This document shows positions 1 through 18,189 of a DNA stretch of 64,000 nt, piece after piece. Position 1 is the first letter of the stretch, and each line of letters starts with the position of its first letter. Made by a program: the position numbers and the translations under genes. This DNA is from the human T2T-CHM13v2.0 reference genome, Homo sapiens, in the NCBI RefSeq assembly GCF_009914755.1, contig NC_060948.1, one strand, 5' to 3'. The notes beneath the pieces are model-generated. The model searched no databases and had not been told where the DNA came from. It worked only from the letters and a program-made list of their open reading frames with translations.

Positions 1-959
1 AAATAAAGAATGCAATATATTATGTAAAATTTATAATATACCATATGTGGAATGTGATACATATAACATATAATATATGATATATGATGTACAGTATATG
101 ATATATAACATACAATATATGATTCCTAATATATATGGTATACAATATATATTTTATGATATGTATTCTATATGTTTTATATTCTGTTATATATAACTAT
201 TTGAAATTATATATAACTGTATAATATTTTATGTAAATATGTAATATAATATATATAACTATAAAATATATTATATATAACTATATATTATGTTATATAT
301 ACTTTTATAACATAATTTACATAAAATATCATAATATAATATATATTATATTATTTCATATTACATAATATATATTACATATCACCCAATATAACTAACA
401 TACATAATATTATAATATAGATTATATTATGTTATATTAAATATCATATATATCATGTATCATATATTCTATAATATATATTACACCTTATATAATATAT
501 ATGTTGTCTATTATGTGATATATATAACTATATATATAATTATATTTTTATACATATAACTAGACAAACATGTAATTCTACATATTTTCATTTATAATAT
601 GTAGAATTATATAATCATATATAATTATTTATATTCTATAAAAAATTTTATCATTATATAAATTATAATATATAAAAATTATAATATGTACTACAAATAT
701 ATATATTATATATCATATATGATATAGTACCTTTGTTATATATCATAATACATATAAATGTGTATTATGTTATCTATAATTATATAATTTCATATATAAG
801 ATGTATAATATGTATCATATATTATATATGTTATGTAATATATATAGTATATATAAGATGACACAGGATAAATATTATATACTATGACATATAAAATATA
901 TGAGGTTATATGTTACATATAAGGCATAGCACATAACATGTAATATATATCATATATAA
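1..959. repeat. AT-rich degenerate simple-repeat domain (partial, cut by window edge)
   Basis: Almost entirely A/T with imperfect (TA)n runs; matches 2421-3379 nearly base for base. Confidence 0.9.
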
Positions 960-1251
960 TTTTTTTTTAGACAGAATCTTGTCCTGTTGCACAGGGTGGG
1001 GTACAATGGCGCCATCTTTGCTCACTGCAACTTCTGCCTCATGGGTCCAAGCGATTGTCCTCCCTCAGCCTCCCAGGTAGCTGGGACTACACCACACTGG
1101 GACTACACCAACTGCCACCATGCCTAGCTAATTATTTGGATTTTTAGTAGTGACAGCGTTTCACTGTATTGGCCAGGATGGTCTTGACCTCTTCACCTTC
1201 TGATCCCCTTGCCTTGGCCTCCAAATTTGCTGGGATTACAGGCCTGAGCCA
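960..1251 (-). mobile_element. Diverged Alu SINE (AluY/AluSc-like), near full length, ~12 nt 5'-truncated, 9-nt A tail; copy 1
   Basis: Reverse-complement Alu hallmarks: T9-AGAC, GCTCACTGCAAC, CCTCAGCCTCCC, GTAGCTGGGACTACA, GCTAATT..TTTTTAGTAG, GGCCAGGATGGTCT, GTGATCC-like, GCTGGGATTACAGGC.TGAGCCA. Amplified passively with the satellite. Confidence 0.95.
1081..1110. repeat. Internal direct repeat in the Alu: CTGGGACTACACCA twice, 16-bp period (present in all copies)
   Basis: 1081-1094 and 1097-1110 are identical 14-mers separated by CA; the Alu consensus has only one CTGGGACTACA here. Confidence 0.9.
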
Positions 1252-1820
1252 AGATCCATATTTTTTAAATGAAAAAAAATTTCAAAGGTACTCTGCTTGG
1301 TACAATAATCAAATGTATAAACTGAGGAATAAAACATAACCATGAAACCTACTTATAACTGCATATGGAAAATACAGAGGATAATTTTTTAAATAACATA
1401 TTTTGAAAGCCTTAACTAGTAATTTGAAGAGCTGGCATTTGAAAGGCCAGTATGAATATACCTTCAAAGCAGCAACACAGGTTCCCCATGAGAAAAAGCA
1501 AACACAGGGAAAATAAAACCACAAAGGTTCAATCTCTTCTGACCTTTGAAAGACACAGCACAGACAGTGGTCCTTAGGACGAAGAGCAGGAGACCCCTAA
1601 TTCCGTCACCATGGCGATAGGGCATAAACATTGCTGGGTGAGGGCACAATCCACATTGTGAGGTCCAACTGCTGCCAGGAAGACAGGAGTGCTTTTACAT
1701 AGACCGAAAGGTCATTGAAGGCTCAGAGTTTTCTTTCAAGAACTGAATCCCAAGCCCACACGTTATTAGGCTGCGCTTCTTAAAACAAGTTATGAGATGG
1801 GAAAAAGGGCACCCACAAAC
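1252..1820. repeat. GC-balanced HSATI-type segment of the unit (first copy; recurs after every complete Alu)
   Basis: ~570 bp of non-Alu, non-simple sequence between the Alu 5' end and the return to AT-rich DNA. The HSATI name comes from the known DYZ2 layout, not from an alignment; boundaries are approximate. Confidence 0.75.
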
Positions 1821-3671
<1,851 letters not shown>

Positions 3672-5776
3672 AGATCCATCTTTTTTAAATGAAAAAAAAT
3701 TTCAAAGGTACTCTGCTTGGTACAATAATCAAATGTATAAACTGAGGAATAAAACATAACCATGAAACCTACTTATAACTGCATACGGAAAATACAGAGG
3801 ATAATTTTTTAAATAACATATTTTGAAAGCCTTAACTAGTAATTTGAAGAGCTGGCATTTGAAAGGCCAGTATGAATATACCTTCAAAACAGCAACACAG
3901 GTTCCCCATGAGAAAAAGCAAACACAGGGAAAATAAAACCACAAAGGTTCAATCTCTTCTGACCTTTGAAAGACACAGCACAGACAGTGGTCCTTAGGAC
4001 GAAGAGCAGGAGACCCCTAATTCCGTCACCATGGCGATAGGGCATAAACATTGCTGGGTGAGGGCACAATCCACATTGTGAGGTCCAACTGCTGCCAGGA
4101 AGACAGGAGTGCTTTTACATAGACCGAAAGGTCATTGAAGGCTCAGAGTTTTGTTTCAAGAACTGAATCCCAAGCCCACACGTTATTAGGCTGCGCTTCT
4201 TAAAACAAGTTATGAGATGGGAAAAAGGGCACCCACAAACATACGTATACATTATGTATATAATAATATACAGTATCATATATATAATATATATAACCTA
4301 TGTATAATATTGTTTTACATCCTGCATCTTATGTTATATATATTGTATAAAATATAATAATTGATAATATATAAGTTTTATAATTATACAATATGACATA
4401 TAGTATATATTATAATTTATGACATATATAATATATGTTATATGTCATATATAGAATATATTATACGGTTAATATACGTATTAAATATAAATTATACATT
4501 ATATATATTATATATAATATATCTGTTATATATAATACCCATTATGCATAATATATATATTATGTCTATGTTATATATAGTATAAAACAACATATAATAA
4601 TATATAATTGTATATATAAAATGCGACATATAATATATATTATATTTTATAACATATGTAATATATATTATATATTATATATAATACGTTGTATGTATAA
4701 TACCTATATTAAATATATATTATATGACTATGTTATTAATTACGTGTCACATGTGTTATATATTATATATTTTACATAGAATATACCGGTTACATACAAT
4801 ATATACTATGTTACCTATAATGTATAATTTATTACATGTAAAATAAACAATGCAATATATTATGTATAATTTATAATATACAATATGTGGAATGTGATAT
4901 ATATAACATATAATATATGATATATGATATACAGTATATGATATATAACATACAATATATGATTCCTAATATATATGGTATACAATATATATTTTATGAT
5001 ATGTATTCTATATGTTTTATATTCTGTTATATATAACTATTTGAAATTATATATAACTGTATAATATTTTATGTAAATATGTAATATAATATATATAACT
5101 ATATAATATATTATATATAACTATATATTATGTTATATATACTTTTATAACATAATTTACATAAAATATCATAATATAATATATATTATATTATTTCATA
5201 TTACATAATATATATTACATATCACCCAATATAACTAACATACATAATATTATAATATAGATTATATTATGTTATATTAAATATCATATATATCATGTAT
5301 CATATATTCTATAATATATATTACACATTATATAATATGTATGTTGTCTATTATGTGATATATATAACTATATATATAATTATATTTTTATACATATAAC
5401 TAGATAAACATGTAATTCAACATATTTTCATTTATAATATGTAGAATTATAAAATCATATATAATTATTTATATTCTATAAAAAATTTTATCATTATATA
5501 AATTATAATATATAAAAATTATAATATGTACTACAAATATATATATTATATATCATATATGATATAGTACCTTTGTTATATTTCATAATACATACAAATG
5601 TGTATTATGTTATCTATAATTATATAATTTCATATATAAGATGTATAATGTGTATCATATATTATATATGTTATGTAATATATATAGTATATATAAGATG
5701 ACACAGGATAAATATTATATACTATGACATATAAAATATATGAGGTTATATGTTACATATAAGGCATAGCACATAA

Positions 5777-6091
<315 letters not shown>

Positions 6092-8194
6092 AGATCCATA
6101 TTTTTTAAATGAAAAAAAATTTCAAAGGTACTCTGCTTGGTACAATAATCAAATGTATAAACTGAGGAATAAAACATAACCATGAAACCTACTTATAACT
6201 GCATATGGAAAATACAGAGGATAATTTTTTAAATAACATATTTTGAAAGCCTTAACTAGTAATTTGAAGAGTTGGCATTTGAAAGGCCAGTATGAATATA
6301 CCTTCAAAGCAGCAACACAGGTTCCCCATGAGAAAAAGCAAACACAGGGAAAATAAAAACACAAAGGTTCAATCTCTTCTGACCTTTGAAAGACACAGCA
6401 CAGACAGTGGTCCTTAGGACGAAGAGCAGGAGACCCCTAATTCCGTCACCATGGCGATAGGGCATAAACATTGCTGGGTGAGGGCACAATCCACATTGTG
6501 AGGTCCAACTGCTGCCAGGAAGACAGGAGTGCTTTTACATAGACCGAAAGGTCATTGAAGGCTCAGAGTTTTGTTTCAAGAACTGAATCCCAAGCCCACA
6601 CGTTATTAGGCTGCGCTTCTTAAAACAAGTTATGAGATGGGAAAAAGGGCACCCACAAACATACGTATACATTATGTATATAATAATATACAGTATCATA
6701 TATATAATATATATAACCTATGTATAATATTGTTTTACATCCTGCATCTTATGTTATATATATTGTATAAAATATAATAGTTGATAATATATAAGTTTTA
6801 TAATTATACAATATGACATATAGTATATATTATAATTTATGACATATATAATATATGTTATATGTCATATATAGAATATATTATACGGTTAATATACGTA
6901 TTAAATATAAATTATACATTATATATATTATATATAATATATCTGTTATATATAATACCCATTATGCATAATATATATATTATGTCTATGTTATATATAG
7001 TATAAAACAACATATAATAATATATAATTGTATATATAAAATGCGACATATAATATATATTATATTTTATAACATATGTAATATATATTATATATTATAT
7101 ATAATACGTTGTCTGTATAATACCTATATTAAATATATATTATATGACTATGTTATTAATTACATGTCACATGTGTTATATATTATATATTTTACATAGA
7201 ATATACCGGTTACATACAATATATACTATGTTACCTATAATGTATAATTTATTACATGTAAAATAAAGAATGCAATATATTATGTAAAATTTATAATATA
7301 CCATATGTGGAATGTGATATATATAACATATAATATATGATATATGATATACAGTATATGATATATAACATACAATATATGATTCCTAATATATATGGTA
7401 TACAATATATATTTTATGATATGTATTCTTTATGTTTTATATTCTGTTATATATAACTATTTGAAATTATATATAACTGTATAATATTTTATGTAAATAT
7501 GTAATATAATATATATAACTATATAATATATTATATATAACTATATATTATGTTATATATACTTTTATAACATAATTTACATAAAATATCATAATATAAT
7601 ATATATTATATTATTTCATATTACATAATATATATTACATATCACCCAATATAACTAACATACATAATATTATAATATAGATTATATTATGTTATATTAA
7701 ATATCATATATATCATGTATCATATATTCTATAATATATATTACACATTATATAATATGTATGTTGTCTATTATGTGATATATATAACTATATATAATTA
7801 TATTTTTATACATATAACTAGATAAACATGTAATTCTACATATTTTCGTTTATAATATGTAGAATTATATAATCATATATAATTATTTTTATTCTATAAA
7901 AAATTTTATCATTATATAAATTATAATATATAAAAATTATAATATGTACTACAAATATATATATTATATATCATATATGCTATAGTACCTTTGTTATATA
8001 TCATAATACATATAAATGTGTATTATGTTATCTATAATTATATAATTTCATATATAAGATGTATAATGTGTATCATATATTATATATGTTATGTAATCTA
8101 TATAGTATATATAAGATGACACAGGGTAAATATTATATACTATGACATATAAAATATATGAGGTTATATGTTACATATAAGGCATAGCACATAA

Positions 8195-8509
<315 letters not shown>

Positions 8510-10612
8510 AGATCCATATTTTTTAAATGAAAAAAAATTTCAAAGGTACTCTGCTTGGTACAATAATCAAATGTATAAACTGAGGAATAAAACATAACCA
8601 TGAAACCTACTTATAACTGCATATGGAAAATACAGAGGATAATTTTTTAAATAACATATTTTGAAAGCCTTAACTAGTAATTTGAAGAGTTGGCATTTGA
8701 AAGGCCAGTATGAATATACCTTCAAAGCAGCAACACAGGTTCCCCATGAGAAAAAGCAAACACAGGGAAAATAAAAACACAAAGGTTCAATCTCTTCTGA
8801 CCTTTGAAAGACACAGCACAGACAGTGGTCCTTAGGACGAAGAGCAGGAGACCCCTAATTCCGTCACCATGGCGATAGGGCATAAACATTGCTGGGTGAG
8901 GGCACAATCCACATTGTGAGGTCCAACTGCTGCCAGGAAGACAGGAGTGTTTTTACATAGACCGAAAGGTCATTGAAGGCTCAGAGTTTTGTTTCAAGAA
9001 CTGAATCCCAAGCCCACACGTTATTAGGCTGCGCTTCTTAAAACAAGTTATGAGATGGGAAAAAGGGCACCCACAAACATACGTATACATTATGTATATA
9101 ATAATATACAGTATCATATATATAATATATATAACCTATGTATAATATTGTTTTACATCCTGCATCTTATGTTATATATATTGTATAAAATATAATAGTT
9201 GATAATATATAAGTTTTATAATTATACAATATGACATATAGTATATATTATAATTTATGACATATATAATATATGTTATGTGTCATATATAGAATATATT
9301 ATACGGTTAATATACGTATTAAATATAAATTATACATTATATATATTATATATAATATATCTGTTATATATAATACCCATTATGCATAATATATATATTA
9401 TGTCTATGTTATATATAGTATAAAACAACATATAATAATATATAATTGTATATATAAAATGCGACATATAATATATATTATATTTTATAACATATGTAAT
9501 ATATATTATATATTATATATAATATGTTGTATGTATAATACCTATATTAAATATATATTATATGACTATGTTATTAATTACATGTCACATGTGTTATATA
9601 TTATATATTTTACATAGAATATACCGGTTACATACAATATATACTATGTTACCTATAATGTATAATTTATTACATGTAAAATAAAGAATGCAATATATTA
9701 TGTAAAATTTATAATATACCATATGTGGAATGTGATATATATAACATATAATATATGATATATGATATACAGTATATGATATATAACATACAATATATGA
9801 TTCCTAATATATATGGTATACAATATATATTTTATGATATGTATTCTATATGTTTTATATTCTGTTATATATAACTATTTGAAATTATATATAACTGTAT
9901 AATATTTTATGTAAATATGTAATATAATATATATAACTATATAATATATTATATATAACTATATATTATGTTATATATACTTTTATAACATAATTTACAT
10001 AAAATATCATAATATAATATATATTATATTATTTCATATTACATAATATATATTACATATCACCCAATATAACTAACATACATAATATTATAATATAGAT
10101 TATATTATGTTATATTAAATATCATATATATCATGTATCATATATTCTATAATATATATTACACATTATATAATATGTATGTTGTCTATTATGTGATATA
10201 TATAACTATATATAATTATATTTTTATACATATAACTAGATAAACATGTAATTCTACATATTTTCGTTTATAATATGTAGAATTATATAATCATATATAA
10301 TTATTTATATTCTATAAAAAATTTTATCATTATATAAATTATAATATATAAAAATTATAATATGTACTACAAATATATATATTATATATCATATATGCTA
10401 TAGTACCTTTGTTATATATCATAATACATATAAATGTGTATTATGTTATCTATAATTATATAATTTCATATATAAGTTGTATAATATGTATCATATATTA
10501 TATATGTTATGTAATATATATAGTATATATAAGATGACACAGGATAAATATTATATACTATGAGATATAAAATATATGAGGTTATATGTTACATATAAGG
10601 CATAGCACATAA

Positions 10613-10927
<315 letters not shown>

Positions 10928-13032
10928 AGATCCATATTTTTTAAATGAAAAAAAATTTCAAAGGTACTCTGCTTGGTACAATAATCAAATGTATAAACTG
11001 AGGAATAAAACATAACCATGAAACCTACTTATAACTGCATATGGAAAATACAGAGGATAATTTTTTAAATAACATATTTTGAAAGCCTTAACTAGTAATT
11101 TGAAGAGCTGGCATTTGAAAGGCCAGTATGAATATACCTTCAAAGCAGCAACACAGGTTCCCCATGAGAAAAAGCAAACACAGGGAAAATAAAACCACAA
11201 AGGTTCAATCTCTACTGACCTTTGAAAGACACAGCACAGACAGTGGTCCTTAGGACGAAGAGCAGGAGACCCCTAATTCCGTCACCATGGCGATAGGGCA
11301 TAAACATTGCTGGGTGAGGGCACAATCCACATTGTGAGGTCCAACTGCTGCCAGGAAGATAGGAGTGCTTTTACATAGACCGAAAGGTCATTGAAGGCTC
11401 AGAGTTTTCTTTCAAGAACTGAATCCCAAGCCCACACGTTATTAGGCTGCGCTTCTTAAAACAAGTTATGAGATGGGAAAAAGGGCACCCACAAACATAC
11501 GTATACATTATGTATATAATAATATACAGTATCATATATATAATATATATAACCTATGTATAATACTGTTTTACATCCTGCATCTTATGTTATATATATT
11601 GTATAAAATATAATAATTGATAATATATAAGTTTTATAATTATACAATATGACATATAGTATATATTATAATTTATGACATATATAATATATGTTATATG
11701 TCATATATAGAATATATTATACGGTTAATATACGTATTAAATATAAATTATACATTATATATATTATATACAATATATCTGTTATATATAATACACATTA
11801 TGCATAATATATATATTATGTCTATGTTATATATAGTATAAAACAACATATAATAATATATAATTGTATATATAAAATGCGACATATAATATATATTATA
11901 TTTTATAACATATGTAATATATATTATATATTATATATAATACGTTGTATGTATAATACCTATATTAAATATATATTATATGACTATGTTATTAATTACA
12001 TGTCACATGTGTTATATATTATATATTTTACATAGAATATACCGGTTACATACAATATATACTATGTTACCTATAATGTATAATTTATTACATGTAAAAT
12101 AAAGAATGCAATATATTATGTATAATTTATAATATACCATATGTGGAATGTGATATATATAACATATAATATATGATATATGATATACAGTATATGATAT
12201 ATAACATACAATATATGATTCCTAATATATATGGTATACAATATATATTTTATGATATGTATTCTATATGTTTTATATTCTGTTATATATAACTATTTGA
12301 AATTATATATAACTGTATAATATTTTATGTAAATATGTAATATAATATATATAACTATATAATATATTATATATAACTATATATTATGTTATATATACTT
12401 TTATAACATAATTTACATAAAATATCATAATATAATATATATTATATTATTTCATATTACATAATATATATTACATATCACCCAATATAACTAACATACA
12501 TAATATTATAATATAGATTATATTGTGTTATATTAAATATCATATATATCATGTATCATATATTCTATAATATATATTACACATTATATAATATGTATGT
12601 TGTCTATTATGTGATATATATAACTATATATATAATTATATTTTTATACATATAACTAGATAAACATGTAATTCTACATATTTTCATTTATAATATGTAG
12701 AATTATATAATCATATATAATTATTTATATTCTATAAAAAATTTTATCATTATATAAATTATAATATATAAAAATTATAATATGTACTACAAATATATAT
12801 ATTATATATCATATATGATATAGTACCTTTGTTATATATCATAATACATATACATGTGTATTATGTTATCTATAATTATATAATTTCATATATAAGATGT
12901 ATAATATGTATCATATATTATATAAGTTATGTAATATATATAGTATATATAAGATGACACAGGATAAATATTATATACTATGACATATAAAATATATGAG
13001 GTTATATGTTACATATAAGGCATAGCACATAA

Positions 13033-13347
<315 letters not shown>

Positions 13348-15454
13348 AGATCCATATTTTGTAAATGAAAAAAAATTTCAAAGGTACTCTGCTTGGTACA
13401 ATAATCAAATGTATAAACTGAGGAATAAAACATAACCATGAAACCTACTTATAACTGCATATGGAAAATACAGAGGATAATTTTTTAAATAACATATTTT
13501 GAAAGCCTTAACTAGTAATTTGAAGAGTTGGCATTTGAAAGGCCAGTATGAATATACCTTCAAAGCAGCAACACAGGTTCCCCATGAGAAAAAGCAAACA
13601 CAGGGAAAACAAAAACACAAAGGTTCAATCTCTTCTGACCTTTGAAAGACACAGCACAGACAGTGGTCCTTAGGACGAAGAGCAGGAGACCCCTAATTCC
13701 GTCACCATGGCGATAGGGCATAAACATTGCTGGGTGAGGGCACAATCCACATTGTGAGGTCCAACTGCTGCCAGGAAGACAGGAGTGCTTTTACATAGAC
13801 CGAAAGGTCATTGAAGGCTCAGAGTTTTGTTTCAAGAACTGAATCCCAAGCCCACACGTTATTAGGCTGCGCTTCTTAAAACAAGTTATGAGATGGGAAA
13901 AAGGGCACCCACAAACATACGTATACATTATGTATATAATAATATACAGTATCATATATATAATATATATAACCTATGTATAATACTGTTTTACATCCTG
14001 CATCTTATGTTATATATATTGTATAAAATATAATAATTGATAATATATAAGTTTTATAATTATACAATATGACATATAGTATATATTATAATTTATGACA
14101 TATATAATATATGTTATATGTCATATATAGAATATATTATACGGTTAATATACGTATTAAATATAAATTATACATTATATATATTATATACAATATATCT
14201 GTTATATATAATACCCATTATGCATAATATATATATTATGTCTATGTTATATATAGTATAAAACAACATATAATAATATATAATTGTATATATAAAATGC
14301 GACATATAATATATATTATATTTTATAACATATGTAATATATATTATATATTATATATAATACGTTGTATGTATAATACCTATATTAAATATATATTATA
14401 TGACTATGTTATTAATTACATGTCACATGTGTTATATATTATATATTTTACATAGAATATACCGGTTACATACAATATATACTATGTTACCTATAATGTA
14501 TAATTTATTACATGTAAAATAAAGAATGCAATATATTATGTATAATTTATAATATACAATATGTGGAATGTGACATATGTAACATATAATATATGATATA
14601 TGATATACAGTATATGATATATAACATACAATATATGATTCCTAATATATATGGTACACAATATATATTTTATGATATGTATTCTATATGTTTTATATTC
14701 TGTTATATATAACTATTTGAAATTATATATAACTGTATAATATTTTATGTAAATATGTAATATAATATATATAACTATATAATATATTATATATAACTAT
14801 ATATTATGTTATATATACTTTTATAACATAATTTACATAAAATATCATAATATAATATATATTATATTATTTCATATTACATAATATATATTACATATCA
14901 CCCAATATAACTAACATACATAATATTATAATATAGATTATATTATGTTATATTAAATATCATATATATCATGTATCATATATTCTATAATATATATTAC
15001 ACATTATATAATATGTATGTTGTCTATTATGTGATATATATAACTCAATATATAATTATATTTTTATACATATAACTAGATAAACATGTAATTCTACATA
15101 TTTTCATTTATAATATGTAGAATTATATAATCATATATAATTATTTATATTCTATAAAAAATTTTATCATTATATAAATTATAATATATAAAAATTATAA
15201 TATGTACTACAAATATATATATATTATATATCATATATGATATAGTACCTTTGTTATATATCATAATACATATAAATGTGTATTATGTTATCTATAATTA
15301 TATAATTTCATATATAAGATGTATAATATGTATCATATATTATATATGTTATGTAATATATATAGTATATATAAGATGACACAGGATAAATATTATATAC
15401 TATGACATATAAAATATATGAGGTTATATGTTACATATAAGGCATAGCACATAA

Positions 15455-15769
<315 letters not shown>

Positions 15770-17874
15770 AGATCCGTATTTTTTAAATGAAAAAAAATTT
15801 CAAAGGTACTCTGCTTGGTACAATAATCAAATGTATAAACTGAGGAATAAAACATAACCATGAAACCTACTTATAACTGCATATGGAAAATACAGAGGAT
15901 AATTTTTTAAATAACATATTTTGAAAGCCTTAACTAGTAATTTGAAGAGTTGGCATTTGAAAGGCCAGTATGAATAAAACTTCAAAGCAGCAACACAGGT
16001 TCCCCATGAGAAAAAGCAAACACAGGGAAAATAAAAACACAAAGGTTCAATCTCTTCTGACCTTTGAAAGACACAGCACAGACAGTGGTCCTTAGGACGA
16101 AGAGCAGGAGACCCCTAATTCCGTCACCATGGCGATAGGGCATAAACATTGCTGGGTGAGGGCACAATCCACATTGTGAGGTCCAACTGCTGCCAGGAAG
16201 ACAGGAGTGCTTTTACATAGACCGAAAGGTCATTGAAGGCTCAGAGTTTTGTTTCAAGAACTGAATCCCAAGCCCACACGTTATTAGGCTGCGCTTCTTA
16301 AAACAAGTTATGAGATGGGAAAAAGGGCACCCACAAACATACGTATACATTATGTATATAATAATATACTGTATCATATATATAATATATATAACCTATG
16401 TATAATATTGTTTTACATCCTGCATCTTATGTTATATATATTGTATAAAATATAATAATTGATAATATATAAGTTTTATAATTATACAATATGACATATA
16501 GTATATATTATAATTTATGACATATATAATATATGTTATATATCATATATAGAATATATTATACGGTTAATATACGTATTAAATATAAATTATACCTTAT
16601 ATATATTATATATAATATATCTGTTATATATAATACCCATTATGCATAATATATATATTATGTCTATGTTATATATAGTATAAAACAACATATAATAATA
16701 TATAATTGTATATATAAAATGCGACATATAATATATATTATATTTTATAACATATGTAATATATATTATATATTATATATAATACGTTGTATGTATAATA
16801 CCTATATTAAATATATATTATATGACTATGTTATTAATTACATGTCACATGTGTTATATATTATATATTTTACATAGAATATACCGGTTACATACAATAT
16901 ATACTATGTTACCTATAATGTATAATTTATTACATGTAAAATAAAGAATGCAATATATTATGTATAATTTATAATATACAATATGTGGAATGTGACATAT
17001 GTAACATATAATATATGATATATGATATACAGTATATGATATATAACATACAATATATGATTCCTAATATATATGGTATACAATATATATTTTATGATAT
17101 GTATTCTATATGTTTTATATTCTGTTATATATAACTATTTGAAATTATATATAACTGTATAATATTTTATGTAAATATGTAATATAATATATATAACTAT
17201 ATAATATATTATATATAACTATATATTATGTTATATATACTTTTATAACATAATTTACATAAAATATCATAATATAATATATATTATATTATTTCATATT
17301 ACATAATATATATTACATATCACCCAATATAACTAACATACATAATATTATAATATAGATTATATTATGTTATATTAAATATCATATATATCATGTATCA
17401 TATATTCTATAATATATATTACACATTATATAATATGTATGTTGTCTATTACGTGATACATATAACTCAATATATAATTATATTTTTATACATATAACTA
17501 GATAAACATGTAATTCTACATATTTTCATTTATAATATGTAGAATTATATAATCATATATAATTATTTATATTCTATAAAAAATTTTATCATTATATAAA
17601 TTATAATATATAAAAATTATAATATGTACTACAAATATATATATTATATATCATATATGATATAGTACCTTTGTTATATATCATAATACATATAAATGTG
17701 TATTATGTTATCTATAATTATATAATTTCATATATAAGATGTATAATATGTATCATATATTATATATGTTATGTAATATATATAGTATATATAAGATGAC
17801 ACAGGATAAATATTATATACTATGACATATAAAATATATGAGGTTATATGTTACATATAAGGCATAGCACATAA

Positions 17875-18189
<315 letters not shown>

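Noticed and set aside
48-54. TGGAATG suggesting HSat3/DYZ1 sequence or a DYZ1-DYZ2 junction
   Set aside because: A single pentamer per unit; no (GGAAT)n block or orientation switch is visible in the window.
960-1251. 27 independent Alu insertions, or an active Alu/7SL RNA gene
   Set aside because: All copies share the same truncation, internal duplication, CpG decay and flanks, so there was one old insertion amplified with the unit.
1309-1524. 71-aa minus-strand ORF repeated in all 26 complete units
   Set aside because: TTG start, no recognisable domain, and F/Y/L/C-rich composition typical of reading A-rich DNA in reverse; conservation merely reflects satellite homogeneity.
1464-1649. 61-aa overlapping minus-strand ORF
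   Set aside because: TTG start (internal ATGs give shorter peptides), no recognisable homology, and broken by a stop in unit 5 (A11214).
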